A stretch of DNA of 64,000 nucleotides, taken from assembly GCA_004524445.1 (NCBI GenBank), contig SDNP01000002.1, forward strand, positions 64,001 to 128,000. Reading direction: 5' to 3'. The translations under genes and the position numbers were made by a program. The DNA comes from Candidatus Thorarchaeota archaeon. Its GTDB lineage: Archaea > Asgardarchaeota > Thorarchaeia > Thorarchaeales > Thorarchaeaceae. This document shows positions 1 to 9,260 of this stretch, one piece after another. The stretch's first letter is position 1. Every line of letters starts with the position of its first letter. Below the pieces are notes generated by a model. It saw nothing but the letters and a program-made list of their open reading frames with translations. It ran no database searches and was not told the origin of the DNA.

Positions 1-1
1 C

Positions 2-295
2 TTAAGATTGCCATAAATCCAAGAAGTTTCGAAATGAACGTGCTCTCAAATCCTCTGATTTGAAGCGATAAATTTTGATTCGGCCGAAGGTTTTTTCCTC
101 AACAAGTCCTGCTTCCATCAATGCCTCCAGATGCCCCTTTGTTGTGCTATGATTTAGGCTAACACGCCGGCATAATTCAGATATGTTCAGCTCATTGGAT
201 AGTGCAAGCTCCTTCAATATCTTCATTCTGCCTTTTGAGGAGAAAAGCTCCTCAAGTGGAATTTTCGCATTGCCTTTTTGCTCATCGGGTGACAT
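2..295 (-). CDS. ArsR-family winged-HTH transcriptional regulator
   Basis: 97 aa; LFSSKGRMKIL...NISELCRRVSLNHSTTKGHLEALMEAGLV is a typical wHTH; directly downstream of cdc6. Confidence 0.85.
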   Translation of the reverse strand: MSPDEQKGNAKIPLEELFSSKGRMKILKELALSNELNISELCRRVSLNHSTTKGHLEALMEAGLVEEKTFGRIKIYRFKSEDLRARSFRNFLDLWQS

Positions 296-304
296 GCTTT
301 GTTT

Positions 305-1498
305 CTACTCCAGAAGATTGACCATGAATTGCTCAAGTAAATCTGCAGGAACATCTGATAATCCGATAAGAGTTGTTTGACCTCTTTGGCCCACTCCCGA
401 TTTCTTCGCGTCTATTACGCCATGGGCGTCCAAGTCCTGGACCCATTCCCAAATTTGTGTATGTGCCCTAGATTGTTTTCCGAACTCTTCGCAAACTGCT
501 TGGTACATCTCCTCAACTTCTCCAATCGTTACATATACACTTCTTGCTTCTTTCAACTGGCGCGCTGCAGCGAGTAATAACAGTTTATTATGTAATGGGA
601 GTGTTTCGAAAACCTCTTCTCGTAGTTCTGGGTGAGTATCAGCTTTGGCCTTTCGAACATAATCGGGGATTATTACATCAGAGCCAACTGCATCAGCTTG
701 TTTCCCACCACGCCAAAGGAGTTCGATGGCATACCGTGCATCACCCCTATTGGAGGCAATGTCACAAATGAGGCTAATCGTTTCCTCCATAATTGCCCCA
801 GGTTCAAAAGCCATTTTAATTCTCTCAGAGAGGATATCTCTCAACGCATTTGAGGTGTATTTTTCAAAATATAGGACGTTGCGTTGTAATGTACTCAATG
901 TACTGGCATCAAAAGCACTATCATCTAAGGGTATCTTTCGACCAATACCAATAATCGATAGCCTTTGGGGAGCATTCAGCCGATCATCCATTAATCGAGT
1001 CAGATTGTATATTATGTCTACACCCTTTTGCTTGATGAAATAATCAAGTTCGTCCAGTATTAACAAAAGATATCGATCCTCGGCATCAAGCACTTCTATA
1101 ATCATTTGAAGAACTTCTTCAGGAGAATGCCCTCGACGGGGAAAGTTGGGTTTGAATGTTCGAAGAATCTTAAGGTATACAAGATATTCACTCTTATTGA
1201 CTCTGCAGTTGATGTGTATTTTGCGTAATCTTATTTTTCGCCTTACTGCAGCTTGAACCAATTGCTCAGAGAATCTCTTTGTAACTGCAGTTTTTCCTGT
1301 CCCAACAGGCCCTTGGATAATGAATTTCTGACTTGTCTGTCCAGGAGAAGTGATCATTGTTTTGAAACTTTGAGCCAGTGTTCTCAATTCTGTTTCTCTG
1401 TGTGGGAGATTCTCTGGTACATAGTCGATTGACAAATATTTCTCTGATTTGAATACGCTAGTCCTTCCGAGTTCATCCTCAACATAGTCACGCGGCAT
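305..1498 (-). CDS. cdc6: Orc1/Cdc6 replication initiator
   Basis: YVPENLPHRE, Walker A GPVGTGKT, Walker B LILDELD, GDARYAIELL, C-terminal wH ending GQRGQT; likely start ATG at 1498 (MPRDY) within ORF 305..1531. Confidence 0.95.
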   Translation of the reverse strand: MPRDYVEDELGRTSVFKSEKYLSIDYVPENLPHRETELRTLAQSFKTMITSPGQTSQKFIIQGPVGTGKTAVTKRFSEQLVQAAVRRKIRLRKIHINCRVNKSEYLVYLKILRTFKPNFPRRGHSPEEVLQMIIEVLDAEDRYLLLILDELDYFIKQKGVDIIYNLTRLMDDRLNAPQRLSIIGIGRKIPLDDSAFDASTLSTLQRNVLYFEKYTSNALRDILSERIKMAFEPGAIMEETISLICDIASNRGDARYAIELLWRGGKQADAVGSDVIIPDYVRKAKADTHPELREEVFETLPLHNKLLLLAAARQLKEARSVYVTIGEVEEMYQAVCEEFGKQSRAHTQIWEWVQDLDAHGVIDAKKSGVGQRGQTTLIGLSDVPADLLEQFMVNLLE

Positions 1499-1717
1499 CA
1501 GAAACCACGAACTTCTGTTGGGCTTTAGCATAAAAAGGCTTGCTTGTTTGTTCGGTTAACTGAACATCAGTGGTAGAGGTGAGTGAAAGTATTGGTGGCG
1601 GCTCAGAACTCAAGATCCGCATCATTGTCCCGAAAGACTCAGTGGGGTCATTACCATCATCGCACGCCATGAAAATATTCAGCTATAGCCCTTAAGTTTC
1701 ATTGCATGAAGATAATG

Positions 1718-1818
1718 TGGTGCGGCCGCCGGGATTTGAAGTCCCGCAATTCGTGATGAATTGACTCGGGTTGGAAGCTTGGGAAGCTTCCGTCCTAACC
1801 AAACTAGACCACGGCCGC
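1718..1818 (-). tRNA. tRNA-Gly(CCC) with 24-nt intron in the T arm (position 53/54)
   Basis: GCGGCCG acceptor stem, GAAGC-TTCCCAA-GCTTC anticodon arm, encoded CCA; BHB formed by CCCG/CGGG helix with AGT and ACT bulges around hairpin CAATTC-ATCAC-GAATTG. Confidence 0.9.
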
Positions 1819-1940
1819 CAAACGTGAAGTTTGTGGAATTGATAAAAGCGTATCGGCATTTTTTCTTTGGTTTATGCATTTGGCTCAAATCTGAACTTTT
1901 ATCTTCATCTGATAGTGTGCGGGTCGTGGGTATAATACGG

Positions 1941-3062
1941 ATGAAGACACCAAATGGTAATGTTGCTTTCTGGCAGGGTAACCAAGCTTGTGCAGAAGCT
2001 GCTATTGCAGCAGGCTGCCGTTTCTTTGCAGGCTATCCTATTACTCCTGCATCTGAAATTGCAGAAATCATGTCGAGTAGACTGCCTGAAAATCATGGTA
2101 TCTATTTGCAGATGGAAGATGAAATTGCCGCATTATCTGCGGTTATTGGTGCGTCTTGGGGAGGAAGGTTATCTATGACTGCAACATCGGGGCCAGGTTT
2201 CAGTCTGATGCAAGAGGGCATAGGTTATGCAATAATGACTGAAACTCCCTGTGTGATAATAGATGTACAGAGAGCAGGTCCAAGTACCGGGCAAGCAACA
2301 AAGGCCGCACAAGGAGATTTGATGCAATCACGCTGGGGTACACATGGCGATCATGAGAGTATTGTATTGGCACCCAACTCGGCACAAGAAACATATGAAC
2401 TTACAATAGAGGCATTCAGAATATCGGAAATGTTACGCCACCCAGTTATAGTTCTAACAGATGAAATTGTTGCTCATTCAAGAGAGAGAGTAGTGATTAC
2501 GGAGAGAGAGAAAGCAGTCAAGAGGAAATTTCTTGAGAATACAAATCAATCATATTTTCAAATAGATGAAACAGGGCATGCCTTGATGCCAAGATTTGGT
2601 GATGGACTTGATTTACTTGTGACTGGGTCAACGCATGACAAAAATGGAATCAGAAAAACGTCAGATCCGGGCACTCATGACAACTTAGTGCGACGATTGA
2701 AAGAAAAGATATCTGGAGCAGAAATATTTCCAGAACCAAGATATATAGGACCAAATGACGCCGATTTAGCTATAATCTCATTTGGCAGTACTTCACGTTC
2801 AGCAGAACAGGCCATTACCGAGCCAAATGGCGATTCGTCGATAAAGGGTATGCAGCTTAGGACACTCTGGCCTTTTCCGGAGAAAGCAGTAATAGAGTTC
2901 TCAAAAGGTGTGGAGAAATTATTGGTACCTGAGTTGAGTCTGGGGCAATTGGTTCGAGAAGTAGAGAGAGTTGTGGATGATTCATTGCAGGTTGTGTCAC
3001 TGACCAAAATTGGTGGGGGAAGACTCATTGATCCCTCGGAGATTGTCGATTCATTATTATGA
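1941..3062 (+). CDS. korA: 2-oxoacid:ferredoxin oxidoreductase alpha subunit (KorA-like)
   Basis: GNQACAEAAIAAGCRFFAGYPITPASE, QMEDEIAA, TATSGPGFSLMQE, QRAGPSTG; start MKTPNG at 1941; no beta subunit adjacent. Confidence 0.9.
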   Translation: MKTPNGNVAFWQGNQACAEAAIAAGCRFFAGYPITPASEIAEIMSSRLPENHGIYLQMEDEIAALSAVIGASWGGRLSMTATSGPGFSLMQEGIGYAIMTETPCVIIDVQRAGPSTGQATKAAQGDLMQSRWGTHGDHESIVLAPNSAQETYELTIEAFRISEMLRHPVIVLTDEIVAHSRERVVITEREKAVKRKFLENTNQSYFQIDETGHALMPRFGDGLDLLVTGSTHDKNGIRKTSDPGTHDNLVRRLKEKISGAEIFPEPRYIGPNDADLAIISFGSTSRSAEQAITEPNGDSSIKGMQLRTLWPFPEKAVIEFSKGVEKLLVPELSLGQLVREVERVVDDSLQVVSLTKIGGGRLIDPSEIVDSLL

Positions 3063-5368
3063 TCAGGCACTGTAGGACTCTTCGGAGGGTTGGAGGATAG
3101 AGGTGTCGAAGAGGGTTCATTATCCTCTACCGTTATTGAAAAGAATACTGTGGTTCGCATCCAAACAAATACACTAGCATAATGTATTTCTTCTTCATAA
3201 AAGGGCTGTGAGAATTTCAATATCACGGAATGCAATCCAGGAAACAATGATGACGGCAGCTCAAGTGTAACTGCCCCACTAAGATCAACCTCCTGTTGAT
3301 GTGTAAGTAGCGTGCTATCGATGCTATCGAATAACCGAATATCGATTTCAGTTAATCTAGTGCCATTGTCCTGAATAACTGATATGTTAGCGGAAATTTG
3401 CTCGTTGTAAAATGCAGACAAAAAGGAAACATTGGAGTTGAATCTGCCCTGAATAATTACTTGGATTATATTTGGGGATTCTATAAAGACATATTCATCT
3501 TGAATTGTTAATTCTGCATAGTATTGACCTACATCTATTTGGGGCTGAATATCAAATTCCAATTCTTCTTTACTATTGCAATTAAGGAGTCTGTTCAGTG
3601 TAAACAAATCATGGACTTCATTGATATATACTGTAACGCTGGCATCAATAATCGGAGACTGGAGAGTAATATTCACTTGTGATATCTTACCCCTGGTGAA
3701 GGACCAAGGAGTAGAATCCATAATGATTTGAATGGGATTGTAAATGGACACTGTGAAGTTTCTAAATGACTCGTGCACAAATTCAGAGGGGAATGAAGAA
3801 ACGTGCAAAATGAGTTCCATCTCTCCGAGTTTTGTGTCGTTTGCAATATACCAAATGAGATACAACTTACCAAGCAAATCTGTGACTCCATCACCAAGAG
3901 GATGTCCGTTTTTGTCAGTTAGTTCAACTTCGATACCTTTGAGTGGTATGCTAACGGGATTAAGAAGCTGCACCGAGATATTGCAGGCATCTTCCAGCAG
4001 AGCTATTTGTGGTCGCTCAACTTCAATCCGGGGAATAAATTCTATGCTGACAGAGGTAGTTGTTGAGTAATTTTTGTAGCAAGTAGTAGTGTTAACTTCT
4101 GTAATCAAGTAGCCGTTGCCCCACAATGTTGACGGAACTGTGAATTCCCAATAGAGTAATCCGTTTTCATTTGTTATGCCATAGTAACAGATTTCAGTGG
4201 AGTCTAGGACTAGTTTGGTTGCTACGTTAATATTGGTGAGCTTTTCAAGAGATAGGCTATCATATAATTGAACAGTGCCATTGATTGGACTTGGACTTAT
4301 TGCAGTGTATACTGTGATATTGGATAGCATGCTCCGTGGCGTGACATTCAGTGGTAAACTCATCATGGCAGGTTGATAGTTGGGATGAGATGCTGTGATA
4401 TCTAGAGTATATGTGCCAGGATTTGTCTTGATTGGGATTTCAATCAGAAAGGTCCCATTGGATTGAATTGGTGTAGTGCCAGTGCAAAAGGGTGTACTCC
4501 ATTCAACAATGCCATTTCCTATGACATTTTGTTGAGGATTCAAATGCAGTGCTTCAATAGTCATATTCTCGTAAGATTTTCCACTTTGAGACTGACAGAC
4601 TATGGAATCTTGAGCGCCAGTAATGTGAATATAGGATTTCTCTTGAATAACTTCAATATGGAAAGTTTCGTTAACTGGTTCCCAAACAGCAGTTGCATTA
4701 GAGAGGACTTGAAGACTGTAGTTTCCTGTGACTAAGAGATCTTGTTCAATCGCGGTTGAAACAATACCGGATTCGTTAGTGTAAACATATCTTTTGAATA
4801 CCTGATTGGAATTATTATCTGAAAGAGTAAGAAGTAAATCAGACTCTGCATAGGCAAAGCTCTGATTGTGGCGACTTACAACTTGAAAGAACAGAGTAGC
4901 ATTCGTGTTTTCTTCAAAAGTTAAATCGGATAGAGCTATGCAGTCCAGTTGCCCACGGGATATATTCAATTCAATCGTTTCAGTCACTGTCTCTGAGTAA
5001 CCGTCGAACATCTCTGCGTTGAATATAGCATATACATTTGTTCCATTTTCCCCTGGAAGTAAATGTGATGGCTCTATGCAATACTTTGATGACAAAAATC
5101 TTATTTCGGGTGATGGTGGAATCATTCTCTCATCCAAATATATGGTTCCAGAATCGGCTACGACTGCAAAGGATACGTAACACCAGCCAGTATCACTGAA
5201 GTCTGCTATAATCTTGGAGAGCAGTTCCATTGTTTCTCCGATATGGTAGTCGAGCTGGTCAGTTTCGAAATAGTACAGTTCAAATTGGAATGCCGATACT
5301 TCAACGGCACTCCCAAGAACAATAACTAGTACCATAGATGAGCATAGCAGAGCCAGTCTTCTATTCAC
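2675..5368 (-). CDS. Large secreted beta-rich (Ig-like repeat) surface protein
   Basis: N-terminal signal peptide (MNRRLALLCSSMVLVIVLG), repeated TNESG/TNENG and G-x-Y-x-L-x-I strands, many N-x-S/T sequons; 3' end overlaps korA antisense. Confidence 0.75.
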   Translation of the reverse strand: MNRRLALLCSSMVLVIVLGSAVEVSAFQFELYYFETDQLDYHIGETMELLSKIIADFSDTGWCYVSFAVVADSGTIYLDERMIPPSPEIRFLSSKYCIEPSHLLPGENGTNVYAIFNAEMFDGYSETVTETIELNISRGQLDCIALSDLTFEENTNATLFFQVVSRHNQSFAYAESDLLLTLSDNNSNQVFKRYVYTNESGIVSTAIEQDLLVTGNYSLQVLSNATAVWEPVNETFHIEVIQEKSYIHITGAQDSIVCQSQSGKSYENMTIEALHLNPQQNVIGNGIVEWSTPFCTGTTPIQSNGTFLIEIPIKTNPGTYTLDITASHPNYQPAMMSLPLNVTPRSMLSNITVYTAISPSPINGTVQLYDSLSLEKLTNINVATKLVLDSTEICYYGITNENGLLYWEFTVPSTLWGNGYLITEVNTTTCYKNYSTTTSVSIEFIPRIEVERPQIALLEDACNISVQLLNPVSIPLKGIEVELTDKNGHPLGDGVTDLLGKLYLIWYIANDTKLGEMELILHVSSFPSEFVHESFRNFTVSIYNPIQIIMDSTPWSFTRGKISQVNITLQSPIIDASVTVYINEVHDLFTLNRLLNCNSKEELEFDIQPQIDVGQYYAELTIQDEYVFIESPNIIQVIIQGRFNSNVSFLSAFYNEQISANISVIQDNGTRLTEIDIRLFDSIDSTLLTHQQEVDLSGAVTLELPSSLFPGLHSVILKFSQPFYEEEIHYASVFVWMRTTVFFSITVEDNEPSSTPLSSNPPKSPTVPDHNNESTISEGSMSLPPPILVSDTTCNESSTTLSTSRTNCPRLNSGTNNFSTPFENSITAFSGKGQSVLSCIPFIDESPFGSVMACSAEREVLPNEIIAKSASFGPIYLGSGNISAPDIFSFNRRTKLS

Positions 5369-5483
5369 TTATTTCCACCGTAATCTATTGTCTATGCAAG
5401 AATAAAAACAGCACAGGATGTAACGACAGGTTTAATTCTTTCAGTTCGACAGGAGATTACAGCATATTAGGAGAATAGAAAGC

Positions 5484-5849
5484 ATGGTCGTTCGACTCAA
5501 AAATGCAACTATTGATTCATTGGAAACAACAGAAACAAGAAGACTATTGCTAATGAAAATTGTTTCCAAAAGCGATGGAGCTGTTCTGGAGCTTGAATTG
5601 CCTGAAGTCTTGTGTGGCCCTTTCAAAGAAAAGGACAAGATTGATGTAAGAATTGATGCAAAAGAGATTACTAAAGGAGACCAAGCTAAATTGTACGTAG
5701 AAGGTACTGTATTCAAAGTAACCAATGAGAAGAACTTTGATGTGATAGCAGCAGTTGGAGGCCTGAAATTCAATCTCTCTTTATCTGACCCCAAACCTTC
5801 ACAGAAAAAAATCTTTTCGAGTGATAGGTTTTATTTGACGTTGGATTAG
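5484..5849 (+). CDS. rpo8: DNA-directed RNA polymerase subunit Rpo8/RpoG (RPB8 homolog)
   Basis: 121 aa OB-fold pattern with YVEGTVFKV and C-terminal AAVGGLKFNL matching the RPB8/Rpo8 GGL motif. Confidence 0.7.
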   Translation: MVVRLKNATIDSLETTETRRLLLMKIVSKSDGAVLELELPEVLCGPFKEKDKIDVRIDAKEITKGDQAKLYVEGTVFKVTNEKNFDVIAAVGGLKFNLSLSDPKPSQKKIFSSDRFYLTLD

Positions 5850-6001
5850 TTCTGATTACTTTCGCTCACCCCCCTTTCTGCCAGTGACCTGATTGTTCCT
5901 TCAAACTACTTGGTAGTTTTATTGGCAGTACCCCAAGGTAGCTGCTAGAGACTTTGAACTAGTGAAATCTAGTTAGGTAGAGAAGCAAAGACTTCTCTTG
6001 G

Positions 6002-7036
6002 GTGTGGTCATTGGTTGATGCGGTACAATCCTATAATATTCCCGAGAGTTGTCCAGATTGCTTGGGAAGGGTAATAATAAGCAGAGGACATCTTGTATGT
6101 ACGAGATGTGGTCTAGTAATATCTAGAGAGTATGTGCTTCCCACTTTCCAAATGGGAGCGGAACGGAGAGAAGGAGATCCAGAAGCCAGCCAGTATGTTT
6201 CTTTGGGTAATCGTTTACATATTGTGGATGGTTTGGGCAGTTACATAGGATACCATAAGGACAGATATTTTCGTGATTCTACGGGTCAATCTCTCTCAGG
6301 AAAACAACAAAAAAAGTTCAGGCGTCTGAAATCTGTATATAGTACCAGAGTCAGAATTGGAAAGGACGAGGCTAAATATCGTGCCTTGCGCACTCTTAAT
6401 CGCGTAGCTAAGTTACTAATGCTGAATGAACAGGTACGAGACCGGGCGGCGTATTTATTCAACAAAGTACTCTCTGAAGCTGAGGAGCGGATATCAAATA
6501 ATATACTCCTAATGGCAGTATGCCTCTTGATGGGGGTGAGGGAATTTAAGCAAGAGGCCCCTATTACTTTAGAAGAGATTGCAGAAGTGTTTGAACAATG
6601 TGGACATCGTGTAAGCGTTCGCACAATTGTACGTGAAGCACTTAGGTTGAGATCCATTACAGGACATGTGCCCAGAATTCGAAAACCACGGGATTATGTT
6701 CCAAGAGTATTGTCACTGTTGATAAATAATGGCGAAGTAGTTCGCAAGGTCAAGACCAGAGGCTGGGATGTGAGTGAGTACAAAAGTAAACTGCAAAAGA
6801 AGATGTTCTTCATACTAGATCTCGTTCCCAGTTCAAAACGAGGAGGGCGTAATCCATTCATTTTCACCGTTTCATCTGCTTATGCAGGCGACCGGTTAGT
6901 TGCAGAAGAGTGTGGCTCTAAGAGTGTTCTAACTCAAAAATTGGCCTCTGCTGCAACGGATGTTGCAGAGTATAGCATTAGAGACCATTTTGGAATGATA
7001 AAGAAGATTGCAAAGATGTCAGCTATTGCTATCTAG
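6002..7036 (+). CDS. tfb: Divergent transcription initiation factor IIB (TFB) paralog
   Basis: Zn ribbon CPDC...CTRCGLV, two cyclin repeats (PITLEEIAEVF; GRNP...AY; LTQK...VAEYSIRDH). Confidence 0.8.
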   Translation: MWSLVDAVQSYNIPESCPDCLGRVIISRGHLVCTRCGLVISREYVLPTFQMGAERREGDPEASQYVSLGNRLHIVDGLGSYIGYHKDRYFRDSTGQSLSGKQQKKFRRLKSVYSTRVRIGKDEAKYRALRTLNRVAKLLMLNEQVRDRAAYLFNKVLSEAEERISNNILLMAVCLLMGVREFKQEAPITLEEIAEVFEQCGHRVSVRTIVREALRLRSITGHVPRIRKPRDYVPRVLSLLINNGEVVRKVKTRGWDVSEYKSKLQKKMFFILDLVPSSKRGGRNPFIFTVSSAYAGDRLVAEECGSKSVLTQKLASAATDVAEYSIRDHFGMIKKIAKMSAIAI

Positions 7037-7068
7037 ATAGGGTATTGGGACTTGCAGATTGATGGTGT

Positions 7069-8757
7069 GTGTATAGATTGATGGATGCAACGGTCATCGT
7101 AAATCATTGTCCTATTGGTCGCTGTGAATCCTGTAGCGATCTTTTGCAATCTAAATGCAAGTGGCTTCATGAAGAAACGTATGTCACGATTCCCAAGGCG
7201 ATTTTGTTTGTGGAGGCAGGGAAAGGACTGATTCATATAGGCGGTCTAGATGGGAAATTACCCTCTATGCCACCCTGGAAGGATGAAAGCTGGAATTCAA
7301 TTTCTACAGAAGAGTGTGTGCTCCGGGATATCGATGCATGTATCGATGCTTACAGAGTTGGCTCGTATTTGTCCTTATTTTTGCAGAGAGCGAATATTAT
7401 TACCTATATGCCATTGGCTATACTCGGGTCTAGTCTAGAGCATGCGTTGCTGGAGGATTTGAAGAAAAGGTATCGAGATAGCATTAGAATTGATTCTCAT
7501 GAGCGGAAATCCCTAGAAGAGTCTGTTAATCATGCAATAAAGCTCCTTTTTCGGGATGCTAGTTGCAGGTTTCCCGAGATTGGAGAGGAAACTCTTCAAA
7601 CAGTATCTCGATTAGCAGCTCATTCGGAAACGGTGCTGTATCCTATAATGCCGTTGATATTAGATGACATGGTTGAGGAGATTTTCTTTGACAAGCCCAA
7701 TCAGCGTATCTATTTTGATCATGCAGAGCATGGACGTTGTTTGTCCAAACTCACGTTTAGGAATGATGATTTGAGTAGGATATCTACTTTACTACGAGCA
7801 GAAAGCAATATGCACTTGGATAGTAGAAATCCATCTCTTAAAACGAATCTCAATCTGTTGGGCAATAGATTGAGAGTCACGGCCATAATTGAACCACTTG
7901 CAAATGACGGATTCAGCCTAAGTTTGAGACGACTAAGGAAGTCTCCGTTTTCAATACTAGATTTGATTGGAAATGGATCTCTAACACGAGAAGTAGCAGC
8001 GGCATTGTTACTGGCAGTCAATAATAGAATGAACATTACCATAACAGGAGCACCCGGATCAGGAAAGACGACTCTACTTAATGCACTAGATGCGACTACA
8101 CCTAGCAAATGGAGGAAATTGTACATAGAAGATACTGTAGAGAGCAGGCCACTCGAAAACCATCATCAATTGCGTTTGTGTGTTGACCCTGTTGATGAAT
8201 TGGCGGGCGTGCTCAGCAAAAGCAAGGAAATAGTCAAATCACTCCATAGATCCCCCGATTATGTTGTTCTAGGGGAAATCCAAACGATGGAGCATAGTCG
8301 AGCACTATTCGAGGCCCTTGCTGCAGGACTGCGTACCATACAGACGTGTCATGCAAATTCGGCTTCCGGACTTGTCAGCAGATGGTCCATCAATCACGGG
8401 ATTAGTGATGCAAATTTGGCGATGATGGATATTGTAATTACTATGGATAGACCGAATCCCGGTAGTGCAAAACGATTCGTAAAAGAACTAGTAGAGGTGA
8501 AACGAAAAGTAAGTGATGGCATTATTCGTTTTGCTGGATTGAATAATCTATATTCTGCGGTTGATTCTGCGAAATCTTTCCAATGGTGTGATAATGGAGC
8601 CTTCAAACTTGCGGCAAAGGAAGTTGGTACGAATTCTCATACGGCCACCTATGATGAGATTCTTCAAAACCTATACAACCTGGATTCAGGCGATGTGTTA
8701 GATTCTTTTCTACAGAATATAGCTAATCACGGACAGCTTATACCCAAAAAGTCGTGA
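7069..8757 (+). CDS. Type II/IV secretion/pilus assembly ATPase (VirB11/TadA/CpaF-like)
   Basis: Walker A GAPGSGKTT, Asp box IEDTVE, SPDYVVLGEIQ, His box QTCHA. Confidence 0.9.
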   Translation: MYRLMDATVIVNHCPIGRCESCSDLLQSKCKWLHEETYVTIPKAILFVEAGKGLIHIGGLDGKLPSMPPWKDESWNSISTEECVLRDIDACIDAYRVGSYLSLFLQRANIITYMPLAILGSSLEHALLEDLKKRYRDSIRIDSHERKSLEESVNHAIKLLFRDASCRFPEIGEETLQTVSRLAAHSETVLYPIMPLILDDMVEEIFFDKPNQRIYFDHAEHGRCLSKLTFRNDDLSRISTLLRAESNMHLDSRNPSLKTNLNLLGNRLRVTAIIEPLANDGFSLSLRRLRKSPFSILDLIGNGSLTREVAAALLLAVNNRMNITITGAPGSGKTTLLNALDATTPSKWRKLYIEDTVESRPLENHHQLRLCVDPVDELAGVLSKSKEIVKSLHRSPDYVVLGEIQTMEHSRALFEALAAGLRTIQTCHANSASGLVSRWSINHGISDANLAMMDIVITMDRPNPGSAKRFVKELVEVKRKVSDGIIRFAGLNNLYSAVDSAKSFQWCDNGAFKLAAKEVGTNSHTATYDEILQNLYNLDSGDVLDSFLQNIANHGQLIPKKS

Positions 8758-8860
8758 GTGTGTGGTTTGTCCAACAAGATTCGCTTTAACTCTGGCTGTG
8801 AACCTCATTCTTTAGGTCCTTAAATACGCAAATCCGGAAATGAGAGAATAGGGTTATAAA

Positions 8861-9061
8861 ATGGTTTCATCCAAACTAATAGAAAATCAAAATGGTGGAC
8901 CTTTGGTTGAAGAGAGTCTCTTGTTAGGACTGGCGATTGTCACTATCTCTATTGTTATAGGTGTAATTCTTCAAGCCACAGGTTGGGCACAGGATGTAGT
9001 TAGTACTCTAATGGAAATGCTGGAGGAAAGTTGGAGCATCTTTGGTGAAGTTGTACCATAG
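8861..9061 (+). CDS. Small Flp/type IV pilin-like protein
   Basis: 66 aa; short polar leader ending NQNG then GPLVEE (E at +5) and a long hydrophobic helix; downstream of secretion ATPase. Confidence 0.6.
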   Translation: MVSSKLIENQNGGPLVEESLLLGLAIVTISIVIGVILQATGWAQDVVSTLMEMLEESWSIFGEVVP

Positions 9062-9144
9062 GAGGTAAGTGTTGGCCCTGGCCTTTGGGAAAGCCTTATT
9101 TGCTGAACATTTGGTGAAGACTCGCTTCGGACTGCGGTGACTCG

Positions 9145-9254
9145 GCTCCGGTAGATGCCTTCACATTTCGCGGTTGGCTAGCCGATTGTAGTCCGGCCCA
9201 GCATGAGGGACTCTCGATCCCTCGACCCGGGTTCAAATCCCGGCCGGAGCACCA
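9145..9254 (+). tRNA. tRNA-Glu(CTC) with 32-nt intron at position 10/11 (9155-9186)
   Basis: GCTCCGG...CCGGAGC-ACCA, anticodon arm AGGGA-CTCTCGA-TCCCT, GGTTCAAATCC; BHB helix CGGT/GCCG with AGA and ATT bulges. Confidence 0.9.
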
Positions 9255-9260
9255 TTTATT

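Noticed and set aside
1488-1670. 60-aa ORF upstream of cdc6
   Set aside because: No recognisable motif; overlaps the cdc6 start; cannot be supported.
5866-5890. ORB-like sequence (minus strand CACTGGCAGAAAGGGGGG) upstream of the TFB paralog
   Set aside because: Core is too degenerate, single copy, and has no AT-rich partner region.
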